DNA of 64,000 nt from Candidatus Hodarchaeota archaeon. GTDB lineage: Archaea > Asgardarchaeota > Lokiarchaeia > Sigyniarchaeales > SOKP01. Both the position numbers and the translations under genes were made by a program. A model generated the notes under the pieces. The model was not told the origin of the DNA, made no database searches, and worked only from the letters and a program-made list of their open reading frames with translations. The DNA is taken from contig JBHLKM010000005.1 of the NCBI GenBank assembly GCA_048886685.1, positions 106,958-170,957 on the forward strand, read 5' to 3'. The stretch's first letter is position 1. Each line of letters begins with the position of its first letter. Shown here piece by piece: positions 1-9,979 of this stretch.

Positions 1-911
1 GTATTCGATTCATATCCCTTCTCAGAAAACATTTTTAGATTCATTTCATGAACCCATTCACGTGTTCGTTTGCCAAGTTGTTCGTGTCTTTTAAATCTTT
101 TCTCCAAACCTTCTTCATTTAATATATAATCTAATTGAGTAGCTAAACCTCTTATTTGTGGGATAGGTGGGGTCGTTGGAGTTTGATGCTTAGCATTCCT
201 TTTTTTCAAATCAATAAAATCGAAATAAAATCCTCTATTTTTCACTTTTTCTGCTTTTTCGAAAGCTGCATCTGATACAGAACATACCGCAAGTCCAGGT
301 GGTAAGGCAAAACACTTCTGAACTGAAGCTAAACAAACGTCGATTCCTAATTTATCAACTTCAACTTTAACACCTGCCATTGAAGAAGTAGCATCTACAC
401 ACACCAATGCACCATAATCTTTTAAAATGGGTACCACTTTATCAATAGGGTTATATACTCCTGTAGAAGTTTCATTTGCTTGAATGAATACTACGGAATA
501 ATTATCTCTATCCATTACTTCTTTAGCAAATTCACCAGTAATAGCATGCCCCCATTCAACACCTTCTTTTATGGCATTTTTACCATTTGATATACCAATA
601 TCATGCCATCTATCACCAAAGGCTCCAATTGATAAAAATAACGCTTTCTCGTCATCGTTAATTAAATTCCTGACACAAGCTTCCATAACACCCGTAGCAC
701 TTGATGTTGATATCAAACACTCCTTTTCAGTATATAATAATTTTTTAAGTCCTTCAGTGACAGTTTGATGCATTTCTGAATAAGGTTTTGATCTATGAGT
801 ATCATTTGGTTTTGCTAATTCCTTTAGAACTCTTTCTGGAACATAAACAGGTCCAGGAGTAAATAATGTTAACTGAGAACCTTTCTTTTTATTAAAATGA
901 ACATCAGTCAT
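1..911 (-). CDS. Class V PLP aminotransferase (serine-pyruvate/alanine-glyoxylate family), 3' end runs off the window
   Basis: Not in the ORF track. Manual translation from ATG at 911 gives MTDVHF...LFTPGPV...HRS...NETSTGV...VDATSS...ASVQKCFALPPGL, the class V motifs including the PLP lysine. Confidence 0.9.
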   Translation of the reverse strand, partial: MTDVHFNKKKGSQLTLFTPGPVYVPERVLKELAKPNDTHRSKPYSEMHQTVTEGLKKLLYTEKECLISTSSATGVMEACVRNLINDDEKALFLSIGAFGDRWHDIGISNGKNAIKEGVEWGHAITGEFAKEVMDRDNYSVVFIQANETSTGVYNPIDKVVPILKDYGALVCVDATSSMAGVKVEVDKLGIDVCLASVQKCFALPPGLAVCSVSDAAFEKAEKVKNRGFYFDFIDLKKRNAKHQTPTTPPIPQIRGLATQLDYILNEEGLEKRFKRHEQLGKRTREWVHEMNLKMFSEKGYESN

Positions 912-1088
912 ATTGAATCAGTTTTGTGTTTATTGAGATTTTTTTATTATGATACAGTAAATTAAGTAGTATGATTAGATATAATTTTTATTATTTTCCA
1001 TTTATAAATTTGAATAATGTGAAATATGATGATTTTAAATAAGAACCATGCTTGAAATTCAAGATCTTTATTTTGTTTCATGTTAGAA

Positions 1089-1754
1089 TTACATTTTTTC
1101 TAGAATAAGATTTCCTTCATGGTTAACAAATATAAAATAATCTGAGATTATATAAAAAAAGAGTCTAAAATTTCTTATATGTGTTAGTGATAAACCATAC
1201 TCACTTAAATATAAAGCAGCTCTCCCTAGAATATTGACAAAGAGTGTAATCGAAAGCGAAATAGTGTGAATTAAGAAAAAATTTTGTGGATTAATAATAG
1301 GAGAGAGAAATGCTAAGATTGAGATTATTATGGTTATTATACCTATTATAATATTAATGATACAATATCTTATTGAATAAATTTTAATGAGAGATCCTTT
1401 GATGATAGAAGCAAATCCCACTATTATTAAAGGGAAGGCGATTAAATTAATTATTACTTGAAGTGTAACATTAGGATGCCTTATAAAATAGCCTAACATT
1501 AGTAATGAAAATATTATTGAAAGAACTCCATGTAGAATTTTATTTAGATTTCTATTATTTCCCATATTTCTTCTATCATAACCTTTAATAATTTTTATAA
1601 TACCATGAAAAAATAAGGCTACAAGAGGATAAAATACCAATAACATCAATGATTCTAATCTAAAAAACAATAGAAAAGTAGCATAAGAAAATAACATAAG
1701 AATCGTGATATAATTATCCGCTCGAATTTTATCCTTATGTATTAATTTCATCAT
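1089..1754 (-). CDS. Multi-pass membrane protein (HdeD/DUF308-like)
   Basis: 221 aa with about six hydrophobic segments and a repeated G-x-x-x-I-I-x-G pattern. Confidence 0.5.
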   Translation of the reverse strand: MMKLIHKDKIRADNYITILMLFSYATFLLFFRLESLMLLVFYPLVALFFHGIIKIIKGYDRRNMGNNRNLNKILHGVLSIIFSLLMLGYFIRHPNVTLQVIINLIAFPLIIVGFASIIKGSLIKIYSIRYCIINIIIGIITIIISILAFLSPIINPQNFFLIHTISLSITLFVNILGRAALYLSEYGLSLTHIRNFRLFFYIISDYFIFVNHEGNLILEKM

Positions 1755-1890
1755 AAAATTTCCACTTAAAAATTTAAAAGATTAATTATTACATTATTAA
1801 ATGATTTATTTCCTTTTTATTTATTATCATTTATATTCTAAGTCTTCAATATATTGAATAATTAAGGTTTAATAGCAACTTTCTCTTCAT

Positions 1891-2826
1891 TTAGAAGAAA
1901 AGTACAAAATAATTACCTAGAATTATTAAGCATACAGCAATAAAAAATCTTTTTCGAAATTTTTCTTTTAAAAATATAATTGAGAAGATCTGCTGAACCA
2001 TTGGTGTGTTAACAGTTAAGGCTGAAGTTAATATTAAGCCATTAATTTCTGCTGCCTTATAATACAATGTATCGGCAAATCCCAATGAGAGAATTCCTGC
2101 AATTCCGATAAAGACAAATGATTTTAAATGTTTTCGATTTTTTTTTTTAAAGCCTGAATAATAAACAGGATAAAATAAACCTAACGGGGAAAAAATTATA
2201 CAAGCCATAGTTACTCTCAAAAAATTAGTAACAAAAACATCATCAGAAAGAATTCTTGCTTGGTTAAATGAAAGAATTGCACCAGCCCATAAAAATGCGG
2301 CAGCAAGAGCCAATAAAACACCGATAATAACATCTTCAGATTTCTTATTGTCTAAAATTTCTTTAGATTCATATCGTTCGATTTTATCTTTAGAACTTAG
2401 GATAAATACGCTTAGTAGAAATAAAATTCCCCCAATAATGATTGAAATCCTTAATTCTTCACCAAATAAAAATACACTAAACGGAAAAATAAAAATCAGT
2501 GAAAGTTGAACTAAAGGATATGCTCGAGAAGCATCTATTTTCTTCAATGACATATAATATAATAAATCTCCAACTGTGACACTCAATCCAGAAACAAGAG
2601 AATTTATTAAATAAAAAACTAATTCTGTTTTATTAAAGCTATTAAAAAAAAGATAGTTTCCAAATATCAAGGAAAATATTAACGTACCAAAAGAAACGCA
2701 ACATAATCTGAAAAACAAGTTAGCTTTAGGTTCAGTTTTCTCTAATCCAGCCTTGTAAACAAGTGAGGCTAATGCCCATGTAAATACGGCGTAAAAAGTA
2801 AACAGTAAACCAATTAAGTCAACCAT
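1891..2826 (-). CDS. DMT/EamA family transporter
   Basis: About 10 TM in two repeats, with motifs LFGEEL, GVLLALAAAFLWA and IFLKEKF. Confidence 0.9.
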   Translation of the reverse strand: MVDLIGLLFTFYAVFTWALASLVYKAGLEKTEPKANLFFRLCCVSFGTLIFSLIFGNYLFFNSFNKTELVFYLINSLVSGLSVTVGDLLYYMSLKKIDASRAYPLVQLSLIFIFPFSVFLFGEELRISIIIGGILFLLSVFILSSKDKIERYESKEILDNKKSEDVIIGVLLALAAAFLWAGAILSFNQARILSDDVFVTNFLRVTMACIIFSPLGLFYPVYYSGFKKKNRKHLKSFVFIGIAGILSLGFADTLYYKAAEINGLILTSALTVNTPMVQQIFSIIFLKEKFRKRFFIAVCLIILGNYFVLFF

Positions 2827-2857
2827 TTAAAAAATATTATTTAAAATTATTTTAAAA

Positions 2858-4045
2858 CTATTGTTTTTTACGCATTGATTTTATTCTTAAGAGGAATTCT
2901 TTAGATGGAGGTTGGTTGAATAAGAACATGTTAATTGCCATTTCATTAAGATCTTTATCTGCTTTGGCTAGTGAAAACATATTAGAAAGATTTTTACCTT
3001 TATCTTCATAGAAGAAATTTACCATCGAAGCAGTCAACTTAAAATTTCTTCTAATTTTCTTGATATTTGGATGGGACTTATATTTCTTTAGAGTTTGATC
3101 TGAAATATTATCACTTTCCAGAGCATGTACGGCAGTTTCTCCAGCAGCTTGACCAGATACTATACTTGCATGTATCCCTTCACCACTAATAGGTGATACA
3201 AATCCTGCAGCATCCCCTATCATCAAGATATTATCTTTGAAAAGACTTTTCTCTTTCACACCTAAAGCAGGTAATGGATAAGATCCACACCAAATTTCCT
3301 TAAAGTCTCTATTTGGAAAGAATTTTTTTAGATATTGATCATTTAGAAAATCCTTATATACTTGGTTGACATTATATATTCGATTTGCCTCCAACCAAGT
3401 TCCGCATCCAATATTAAAGCGCTTTTCATCTAAAGGAAAGATCCAGCCGTATCCTTTATATTTTCTAAAGAAAATCGAGATTGAAGACTTGTCTAAATAA
3501 TTTTTTCCTTCCAATATAGCACATTTACATAGTCCTATTTCATCAATTTTCCATTTTTCTCTCATTTTAGATTTGAGAGCTAGCTTAGAGCCCATGCCAT
3601 CAGCAATTACTATAATCCTACCTAAAAATTCTTTAGTTTCATTATCTTGTTTAGTTCTTATACCAGTTTTACGATTTTGTCTATATAAAAAATCAAAAGA
3701 CAAATTCTTATCAAATAATTCGGCTCCAGCATCAACAGCTATATTTCTTATAAGATTATCAAATTCTAATCTATCAACTGTAAAAGAGGATTCTCTTATA
3801 TCTTTCCATGAATATTCTAATTTATAATAATCTCCCGAATACATACTTATTCCAGTAATAGGGAGTAAATTTAAATTCCGTAATTGAGGGTAATATTTTA
3901 AGACTCTTGAGCTTACGGCTCCTCCGCAAGGCTTTCTCCACAGAGAATTTCTTTCAATTAATGCAACTTTGTATCCATTTTTAGCAATGATTTCAGCACA
4001 TTTAGAACCAGCAGGTCCTGCGCCTGAAATTAGAACATCGTACAT
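2858..4045 (-). CDS. Geranylgeranyl reductase family FAD oxidoreductase
   Basis: YDVLISGAGPAG, KPCGG, DRLEFD, ADG, GYGWIFP, IGDAAGFVSPISGEGI. Confidence 0.9.
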   Translation of the reverse strand: MYDVLISGAGPAGSKCAEIIAKNGYKVALIERNSLWRKPCGGAVSSRVLKYYPQLRNLNLLPITGISMYSGDYYKLEYSWKDIRESSFTVDRLEFDNLIRNIAVDAGAELFDKNLSFDFLYRQNRKTGIRTKQDNETKEFLGRIIVIADGMGSKLALKSKMREKWKIDEIGLCKCAILEGKNYLDKSSISIFFRKYKGYGWIFPLDEKRFNIGCGTWLEANRIYNVNQVYKDFLNDQYLKKFFPNRDFKEIWCGSYPLPALGVKEKSLFKDNILMIGDAAGFVSPISGEGIHASIVSGQAAGETAVHALESDNISDQTLKKYKSHPNIKKIRRNFKLTASMVNFFYEDKGKNLSNMFSLAKADKDLNEMAINMFLFNQPPSKEFLLRIKSMRKKQ

Positions 4046-4139
4046 ATTGAGAAATCACAATTTCATGATTGATATTCCCTACTAATATTTATATTAAATT
4101 AGAGGAAATTTATTAAGTTATAAGTTATTTAATGAAATT

Positions 4140-4835
4140 ATGAGGAATGAAGAAAAATTAAATTCTGAGTTTTTTAAGAAGTATGGATTTGAAATTAATA
4201 GGACATCTTATTCTGAAGAAAAAGATAGCTCGAAAATTTTAAAAACTGGGACTACTACAGTTGGTTTGATTTGCAAAGATGCTATTATTTTAGGAACGGA
4301 TAAAAGAGCTTCGATGGCTTATTTTGTAGCCAGTAAAACTTCAGAAAAATTATATAAAATTCAAGATCACCTTTGGATGACCACAGCTGGTGGTGTTGCT
4401 GATGCTCAATATCTTGTAGATGTATTACGTGCAGAAACTACTATATATCAACTAGCACATGATGGTAAATCTATAATGATAAATTCTGCAGGAAAATTAT
4501 TATCAAATATATTATATGCTAATAAAATGTTTCCTTTTGAGGTTGGACTTATATTAGGTGGAGTTACCGAAGAAGAAGGACCAACACTTTTAAATATAGG
4601 GGCTTATGGTTCAATACTAACTGAAAAATTTTGTGCTGTGGGTAGTGGTCAAAATTTTTCTTATGGTGTTTTAGAGGCGAGGTATAAAGAAAATCTAACC
4701 ATAGAAGAGGGTAAGGAGATCATAAAAAAAGCAGTTAGCTCCAGCATCATTCGAGATATGGCATCCGGAAATGGAATAGACATCGCAGTTATCAAAAAAG
4801 AAGGTCCAGCTGAGCGTGAGTTTATACCCATATAA
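4140..4835 (+). CDS. psmB: Proteasome beta subunit
   Basis: Propeptide cleavage site KTG/TTTVG, DKRAS, AGGVADAQ, GSG, RDMASG. Confidence 0.95.
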   Translation: MRNEEKLNSEFFKKYGFEINRTSYSEEKDSSKILKTGTTTVGLICKDAIILGTDKRASMAYFVASKTSEKLYKIQDHLWMTTAGGVADAQYLVDVLRAETTIYQLAHDGKSIMINSAGKLLSNILYANKMFPFEVGLILGGVTEEEGPTLLNIGAYGSILTEKFCAVGSGQNFSYGVLEARYKENLTIEEGKEIIKKAVSSSIIRDMASGNGIDIAVIKKEGPAEREFIPI

Positions 4836-5092
4836 AATTGTTGTTTATATGATGCAACCTTATTAAGTAGCTCTCCTTATATTTAAATTTTATCTTCTAT
4901 ATTCTTTTTTAATAAAATTTAAAAGAGAAAATTAAGAATTAGTAATATAATATACAAAGTTATAATTATTACATACGTTTATAAAAGTTAATTACTTTAT
5001 CATAAGATAGTAAAACCTCGTGTAGGATTAAAGAATAAACGACTAAAACTAGTGTTAGCAGAAATGAAATTGAGGCTAGGGGTGACGTTAAA

Positions 5093-5824
5093 TTGAGCTA
5101 TAAAATTTTAGTAGATTTATCCCACAAAGAAAAGATAGAAGAATTTCCTGAATTTTCTCTGACTGAAGATGATTATGAAGTAGATTATATTGATAAAAAT
5201 GAAGGACCTATAGATTTCGATATGCTCGAAGATTTTGATGTACTTTTCATAGGAAATATTCAACATTCTCAAAATGGAAAGGATGATAAATTTACGCAAG
5301 ATGAATTAAAAGCTATTAAAAGATTCATTGGAGAGGGAGGAGGTCTTTTTTTAACAAGTGGTGATGGTGGAGATAGAGATATTCCTATGAAACAGGGATC
5401 TATTAGAGTTCTTTATAAGATAACTGGTGTTCGAAGGTTTTGGAATGGAATCATTCAAGAAGCTCCATCCAACTTTTTAGTGAAAAAAAGAAATTTATTA
5501 GTAACTGAATTATTTAACCATCCTATTACAGAAGGAATTACAGAATTAGTATTACCAAACTGTACATTCTTCACAATTTCTGAAGAAGATGTAGATGACA
5601 TAATTATAACATCTGAAAAAGCAGAATTTAAATATTACATTGATGATGATGTAGGAGCACTTGGTCCTGTACCTGTTTGTGCTGTTTCTGAATTTTATGA
5701 AGGTAGATGTGTAACAATAGGATCCTCCGATTGGCTTACGGAAGATGGTGATTTTGGGCTTGATGCTGGCGATAACTTAAAGTTCTTGACCAATATTATT
5801 GAATGGCTTTCTTTTGAGGTTTAG
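5093..5824 (+). CDS. GldG/IFT52 (GIFT)-like, class I glutamine amidotransferase-like fold protein
   Basis: ILVDLSHKE...FTQDELKAIKRFIGEGGGLFL...HPITEGI...GRCVTIGSSDW...DNLKFLTNIIEWL. TTG start with upstream GGGGTGA. Confidence 0.6.
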   Translation: MSYKILVDLSHKEKIEEFPEFSLTEDDYEVDYIDKNEGPIDFDMLEDFDVLFIGNIQHSQNGKDDKFTQDELKAIKRFIGEGGGLFLTSGDGGDRDIPMKQGSIRVLYKITGVRRFWNGIIQEAPSNFLVKKRNLLVTELFNHPITEGITELVLPNCTFFTISEEDVDDIIITSEKAEFKYYIDDDVGALGPVPVCAVSEFYEGRCVTIGSSDWLTEDGDFGLDAGDNLKFLTNIIEWLSFEV

Positions 5825-5849
5825 TTAATTAATCAAATCTTATTATATT

Positions 5850-6962
5850 ATGGTTTTTAGAGTCTTGAGACCCGATTCTGTTCAAGTTTGGCAAAATAAA
5901 GAGATACTTAAACGATTTTCAAGATATAAAGGCATAATTGATGGAACAAAATTATCAAGGTATTTGATTGCAAAAACAGTACAATGTAATTTTAACCTAA
6001 ATGATTCTATTGAAAGTTTGGAAGATTTATTAGAAGAAAAATCACTTTTATTTAATGAACTTCTTTACAATTCCACTGAAGATTTAGAAAACCGTGTGAT
6101 TCAGAAAGACAACTATATAACCTTAACGGAAACTATCGCAAATAAGTATTTAAAAAATTGTATTTTTTGCGAAAGACAGTGTGAAGCAAATCGAATAGAT
6201 GGAGAAAAGGGATTCTGTTTAATTTCAACAGATTCTTATGTTTCTTCTGCCTTTCTTCACATGGGAGAAGAAAGTGTATTAATCCCTAGTGGAACAATTT
6301 TTTTTCAGGGATGTAATTTTGGATGTGTATTTTGTCAAAATTATGATATTTCTCAGGCATGGAAAGGCAAAAAGGATATTGAAGATGTGTCTCGAAAAGT
6401 TAATACTTACGAATTAGCGACTATTGCTGAAAAATTAGTTGATAGAGGAGCAATAAATATTAATTATGTAGGAGGAGATCCAATTCCAAATATTCATACA
6501 ATCGTTGGAAGTCTTAACTATCAACAATCTAATATTTGTCAGTTATGGAATTCTAACTTTTTTTTAACTGAAAAATCTCTCTCTCTAATAATAGATCTTA
6601 TGGATTTTTGGTTGCCTGATTTTAAATATGGTAATAATAATTGTGCGAAAAAATATTCCGGTATAGATAATTACTATGATATTTTAACAAGGAACCTTAA
6701 AAGAATCCATGATAAAGGTAGTGGAGAAATTTGTATAAGACACTTGGTAATGCCTGATCATGTTGAATGTTGTTCAAAGCCAATATTGAACTACGTAGCT
6801 CAAGAACTTCCTCAAGCTGTCGTGAATATAATGGCTCAATATCGTCCTCAGTACAAAGCTTATCAATACTCTGAAATAAATAGAAGGCCTACCTCCCAAG
6901 AAATATTAGAAGTAAAAAGACATGCTGATTCATTAGGAATTCTATACAAACCAGTATCATAA
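5850..6962 (+). CDS. Radical SAM protein, PflX-like
   Basis: CIFCERQCEANR, HMGEE, PSGTIFFQGCNFGCVFCQNYDISQ (CxxxCxxC), LPDFKYG, IRHLVMP. Confidence 0.9.
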   Translation: MVFRVLRPDSVQVWQNKEILKRFSRYKGIIDGTKLSRYLIAKTVQCNFNLNDSIESLEDLLEEKSLLFNELLYNSTEDLENRVIQKDNYITLTETIANKYLKNCIFCERQCEANRIDGEKGFCLISTDSYVSSAFLHMGEESVLIPSGTIFFQGCNFGCVFCQNYDISQAWKGKKDIEDVSRKVNTYELATIAEKLVDRGAININYVGGDPIPNIHTIVGSLNYQQSNICQLWNSNFFLTEKSLSLIIDLMDFWLPDFKYGNNNCAKKYSGIDNYYDILTRNLKRIHDKGSGEICIRHLVMPDHVECCSKPILNYVAQELPQAVVNIMAQYRPQYKAYQYSEINRRPTSQEILEVKRHADSLGILYKPVS

Positions 6963-7054
6963 TATCGGATTTAAAATTAGAAAAATCTAAAAGTAATCGA
7001 ATATTTAAAAGTCTAACTGTTTATTCTTAATCTTATTGATTTTAATATTATGGG

Positions 7055-8170
7055 TTGATTATGAGTTTTAATTTAAGTGACATAAAAGGTTTAGGCAAGA
7101 AAGAAGATACATTAAAAGAAGCGGGAATAGATTCTGTTGAAAAACTTGCTAATGCAAGTATCAACGATTTAACTACACTTAAGGGTATTGGGAAGACAAC
7201 TGCTGAAAAGTTAGTTGAAAATGCTAAAAATCTACTAAATAAATCTATTAAAGATGATTCAGCGAAACCAATTAAGGAAGATACTATAGAAAAAAAAGAG
7301 GAAGAAAAAGCACTAGAGGAAATAAAAAAATTGGAAGAAAAGAAAACTGAATTACAAGGTAAAAAAGTCGAAGAAGGAGATTTTGTTTTAGTCAAAATAA
7401 CCGGACGCACTCAAAAAGGCACTATTTTTAGGGTTTCTTCTGAAGAAGATGCGAAAAAGGCGGGAATTTATGATGAAAATAAAGCTAAACAAGGAATGTA
7501 TACTCCCGAATTTGTTATTGTGGGTAAATCTGGGTTTTTAAACGAAGGATTAACTGAAACTATTAAAGAGATGAATTTTTTTGAGAAAAAGTCTGTTAGA
7601 ATTCCTCCTACTAAAGCATATGGAAAAAGAGATCCTCAAAAAATCGAAAGAATAGGCATAGCAAAATTTAGAAGGTTAAATGAAGGCAAAAATCCTGAAA
7701 TCGGGCAAGAATTTGTTAAACAATCTCAAGGTCAGGTGCAAAGAGGCACTGTAACAAATGTTGTGCAAGGAAGAGTTATTGTTGATTATAATCATCCCTT
7801 AGCAGGACAAAGTGTAGATTACAATTTAGAAATTATTGATAAAATCGAAGACTTCAATGAAAAAGTAGAATATTTTATGATTAACAAGGGAATTCCAACT
7901 GAGAGCATTTCTGATTTTCAAGTTAATTATATTCCTAAGAATAAAACTCTTGAAATTACTATTCCGAAGATGTTTTTATTTCAAAATCTCACATATGTTA
8001 AATTCGGACTAGCCATGGATCTACAAACCCATATGGCTGATGAAATTGACGATGTTAAATTTATTGAAGTTTATGAAAAGATACCACTGCCGACAACACC
8101 ATCGGAATCGGTGATGCAAAAAGTTGAGGAATTTAATAAAGAACAAGAAGATAAAGAAGATCAAAATTAA
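7055..8170 (+). CDS. Long-type archaeal FKBP peptidyl-prolyl isomerase (SlyD-like) with N-terminal helix-hairpin-helix domain
   Basis: IPPTKAYGKRD and VDYNHPLAGQ (FKBP). N-terminal IKGLG...LKEAGIDSVEKLA...LKGIGKTTAEKL (HhH). Confidence 0.9.
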   Translation: MIMSFNLSDIKGLGKKEDTLKEAGIDSVEKLANASINDLTTLKGIGKTTAEKLVENAKNLLNKSIKDDSAKPIKEDTIEKKEEEKALEEIKKLEEKKTELQGKKVEEGDFVLVKITGRTQKGTIFRVSSEEDAKKAGIYDENKAKQGMYTPEFVIVGKSGFLNEGLTETIKEMNFFEKKSVRIPPTKAYGKRDPQKIERIGIAKFRRLNEGKNPEIGQEFVKQSQGQVQRGTVTNVVQGRVIVDYNHPLAGQSVDYNLEIIDKIEDFNEKVEYFMINKGIPTESISDFQVNYIPKNKTLEITIPKMFLFQNLTYVKFGLAMDLQTHMADEIDDVKFIEVYEKIPLPTTPSESVMQKVEEFNKEQEDKEDQN

Positions 8171-8185
8171 ATTTTTTAAAGATGT

Positions 8186-9154
8186 TCATTTAACCTTTAT
8201 TTTGGTTATTAGTTCTTCTTTTTTCATTTCCCGTTCCCTCTTATATTTAGATTTTATTTTCTGATACTGAGCTCTTTTTCGTTGAAATTCTATCCTTCTT
8301 TTAAGAGATTTTCCTTTCTTTTTTAAATACTCTTTCTTAGCCTTTTTATACTCCTTTTTCGCCTTTTTATACTCCTTTTTTATCTTTTTATATTTTTTAT
8401 ATTTCCGCCTTATTTCATGTCTGAGGTCTTTGCTTATATCTCCTATTCCTAATTCACTTAAAGTTTCTTTAAATTTTTCAAATGACTCAAACCTAATTAC
8501 AATGATACCCAATTCTCTAGCAGGAACTAAATTTTTGATTTTATCATCTATAAATACACATTTTTTTGGTGAAGTATCTAGTTTCTTCATTACATATTTA
8601 TATTTCTCCAGATCAGGTTTAATTAATCCGATTTCATTCGAAAGAAAAACATTATCAAAAATATCATAAAAGCCTTTCAACATGTTAGATTTAGCATGAA
8701 TATCGTGAGTATTGGACATCAAACTGACTGTATATCCTGCTTGATGTAATCTTTCAATTATTTCTGCCATATCCGAGGAGACATGTGTGACTTGTGAGTA
8801 CAGATCAAACCACAATTCCACATAATACTCCGTATTTACTCTTTTTGGAGGTAAAGCTCCATTAGTTTTCTGAAATGGATAATAAAATTTATCTAATATT
8901 TTGTCTAAAAATTCTTTTGAAGAACTTCTCCCAGAACTTAAACTACGCTTAATTTTTCTAATATAGGAATTTTCTAATCGAGGAATGGTAACATTTAAAT
9001 CAGCCTCAACCATGTCAAGTAAATTTTTTAATACAAAGGTTTTTTCAATTAATACTCCACCAAAATCGAAAATAAAATGTTTTATCTTATACAATCTAAC
9101 CTTCTGTTTTTCCCCATAAATCTTAGATTTTTTAATCTCTTTTTGAGAATTCAT
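8186..9154 (-). CDS. HAD-superfamily phosphatase (YihX-like) with lysine-rich C-terminal tail
   Basis: FIFDFGGVL, LMSNT, GLIKPD, FIDD motifs; tail KKIKKEYKKAKKEYKKAKKEYLKKK. Confidence 0.85.
   Translation of the reverse strand: MNSQKEIKKSKIYGEKQKVRLYKIKHFIFDFGGVLIEKTFVLKNLLDMVEADLNVTIPRLENSYIRKIKRSLSSGRSSSKEFLDKILDKFYYPFQKTNGALPPKRVNTEYYVELWFDLYSQVTHVSSDMAEIIERLHQAGYTVSLMSNTHDIHAKSNMLKGFYDIFDNVFLSNEIGLIKPDLEKYKYVMKKLDTSPKKCVFIDDKIKNLVPARELGIIVIRFESFEKFKETLSELGIGDISKDLRHEIRRKYKKYKKIKKEYKKAKKEYKKAKKEYLKKKGKSLKRRIEFQRKRAQYQKIKSKYKREREMKKEELITKIKVK
8340..8380. repeat. 21-bp coding tandem repeat encoding KKEYKKA heptads
   Basis: gcctttttatactcctttttc followed by gcctttttatactccttttt, with degenerate flanking copies. 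Confidence 0.8.
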
Positions 9155-9173
9155 CTTTAATTTTAACTAATTA

Positions 9174-9965
9174 TTAATTATTATACTTTCTGATTACCTC
9201 AATTTGATCTAATATTATATTGCAGACTTTTTCAACCGGGGAACCATCACACTTCCAGTTTGTGAATTCAGGAAATGAACCTGGATCTACTACATATAAT
9301 TTGTTAGTAAGGTCTTCTCTGACAATATCTAAATGCCCAAATAGAACATCCCCATTGAAATGAGCTTTCCATTTGTTAATTATTTCTTGAATATCATTAG
9401 GAGTGTCAATTTTTTTCATATCAACATGTTCATCGGATAATGGAGGTTTTATCAAAGTACAAATTTTATCACCTATAAAATAAATATTATAATGAACACC
9501 TTTAATATATTTCTCTAGGTATAATATTTTATCATTATCTATCTCTAAATCCTCAATAGATCTAATTATCTTAACACCCTTACTCCCTGATCCCATGATT
9601 GGTTTTAAAATATAAGGATATTCGCTTAATTCATTTCTAAATGTATCTACTGTGCCTAAATAGATTTCTGGAGTCAATATGCCTATTTTCTTCATTAAAA
9701 AATTTGAATGGATTCGATTTTTTTGTATAAAAGAGACTTCGGGTTTTGGTATAACTTGAATATTATTTGCTTCTAAATAATAACCTGCATAAAGAAAAAA
9801 AAGGTTTTTAGACTTTAAAATGTAGAAATCATTATTTAAAAGATTTTCATTTATGATAAGGTTTTCCAATGTATAAATTGTAACTGCAAATCCTCTACTC
9901 TCTAAGTAGTTTCTTAGTTTGCCTGTGAACATTGTTTTTCTTTTTGATAAAATTCCTATCTTCAT
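9174..9965 (-). CDS. ATP-grasp protein, divergent ITPK1/RimK-like
   Basis: YPYILKPIMGSGSKGV, YLEKYI, LFGHLDIV...YVVDPGSFPEF. Confidence 0.75.
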   Translation of the reverse strand: MKIGILSKRKTMFTGKLRNYLESRGFAVTIYTLENLIINENLLNNDFYILKSKNLFFLYAGYYLEANNIQVIPKPEVSFIQKNRIHSNFLMKKIGILTPEIYLGTVDTFRNELSEYPYILKPIMGSGSKGVKIIRSIEDLEIDNDKILYLEKYIKGVHYNIYFIGDKICTLIKPPLSDEHVDMKKIDTPNDIQEIINKWKAHFNGDVLFGHLDIVREDLTNKLYVVDPGSFPEFTNWKCDGSPVEKVCNIILDQIEVIRKYNN

Positions 9966-9979
9966 ATTTACTAAAATTA

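Noticed and set aside
571-768. 65-aa plus-strand ORF
   Set aside because: Antisense shadow of the class V aminotransferase on the minus strand
7048-7410. 120-aa Ser/Phe-rich minus-strand ORF
   Set aside because: Reverse-complement artefact of the Glu/Lys-rich FKBP linker
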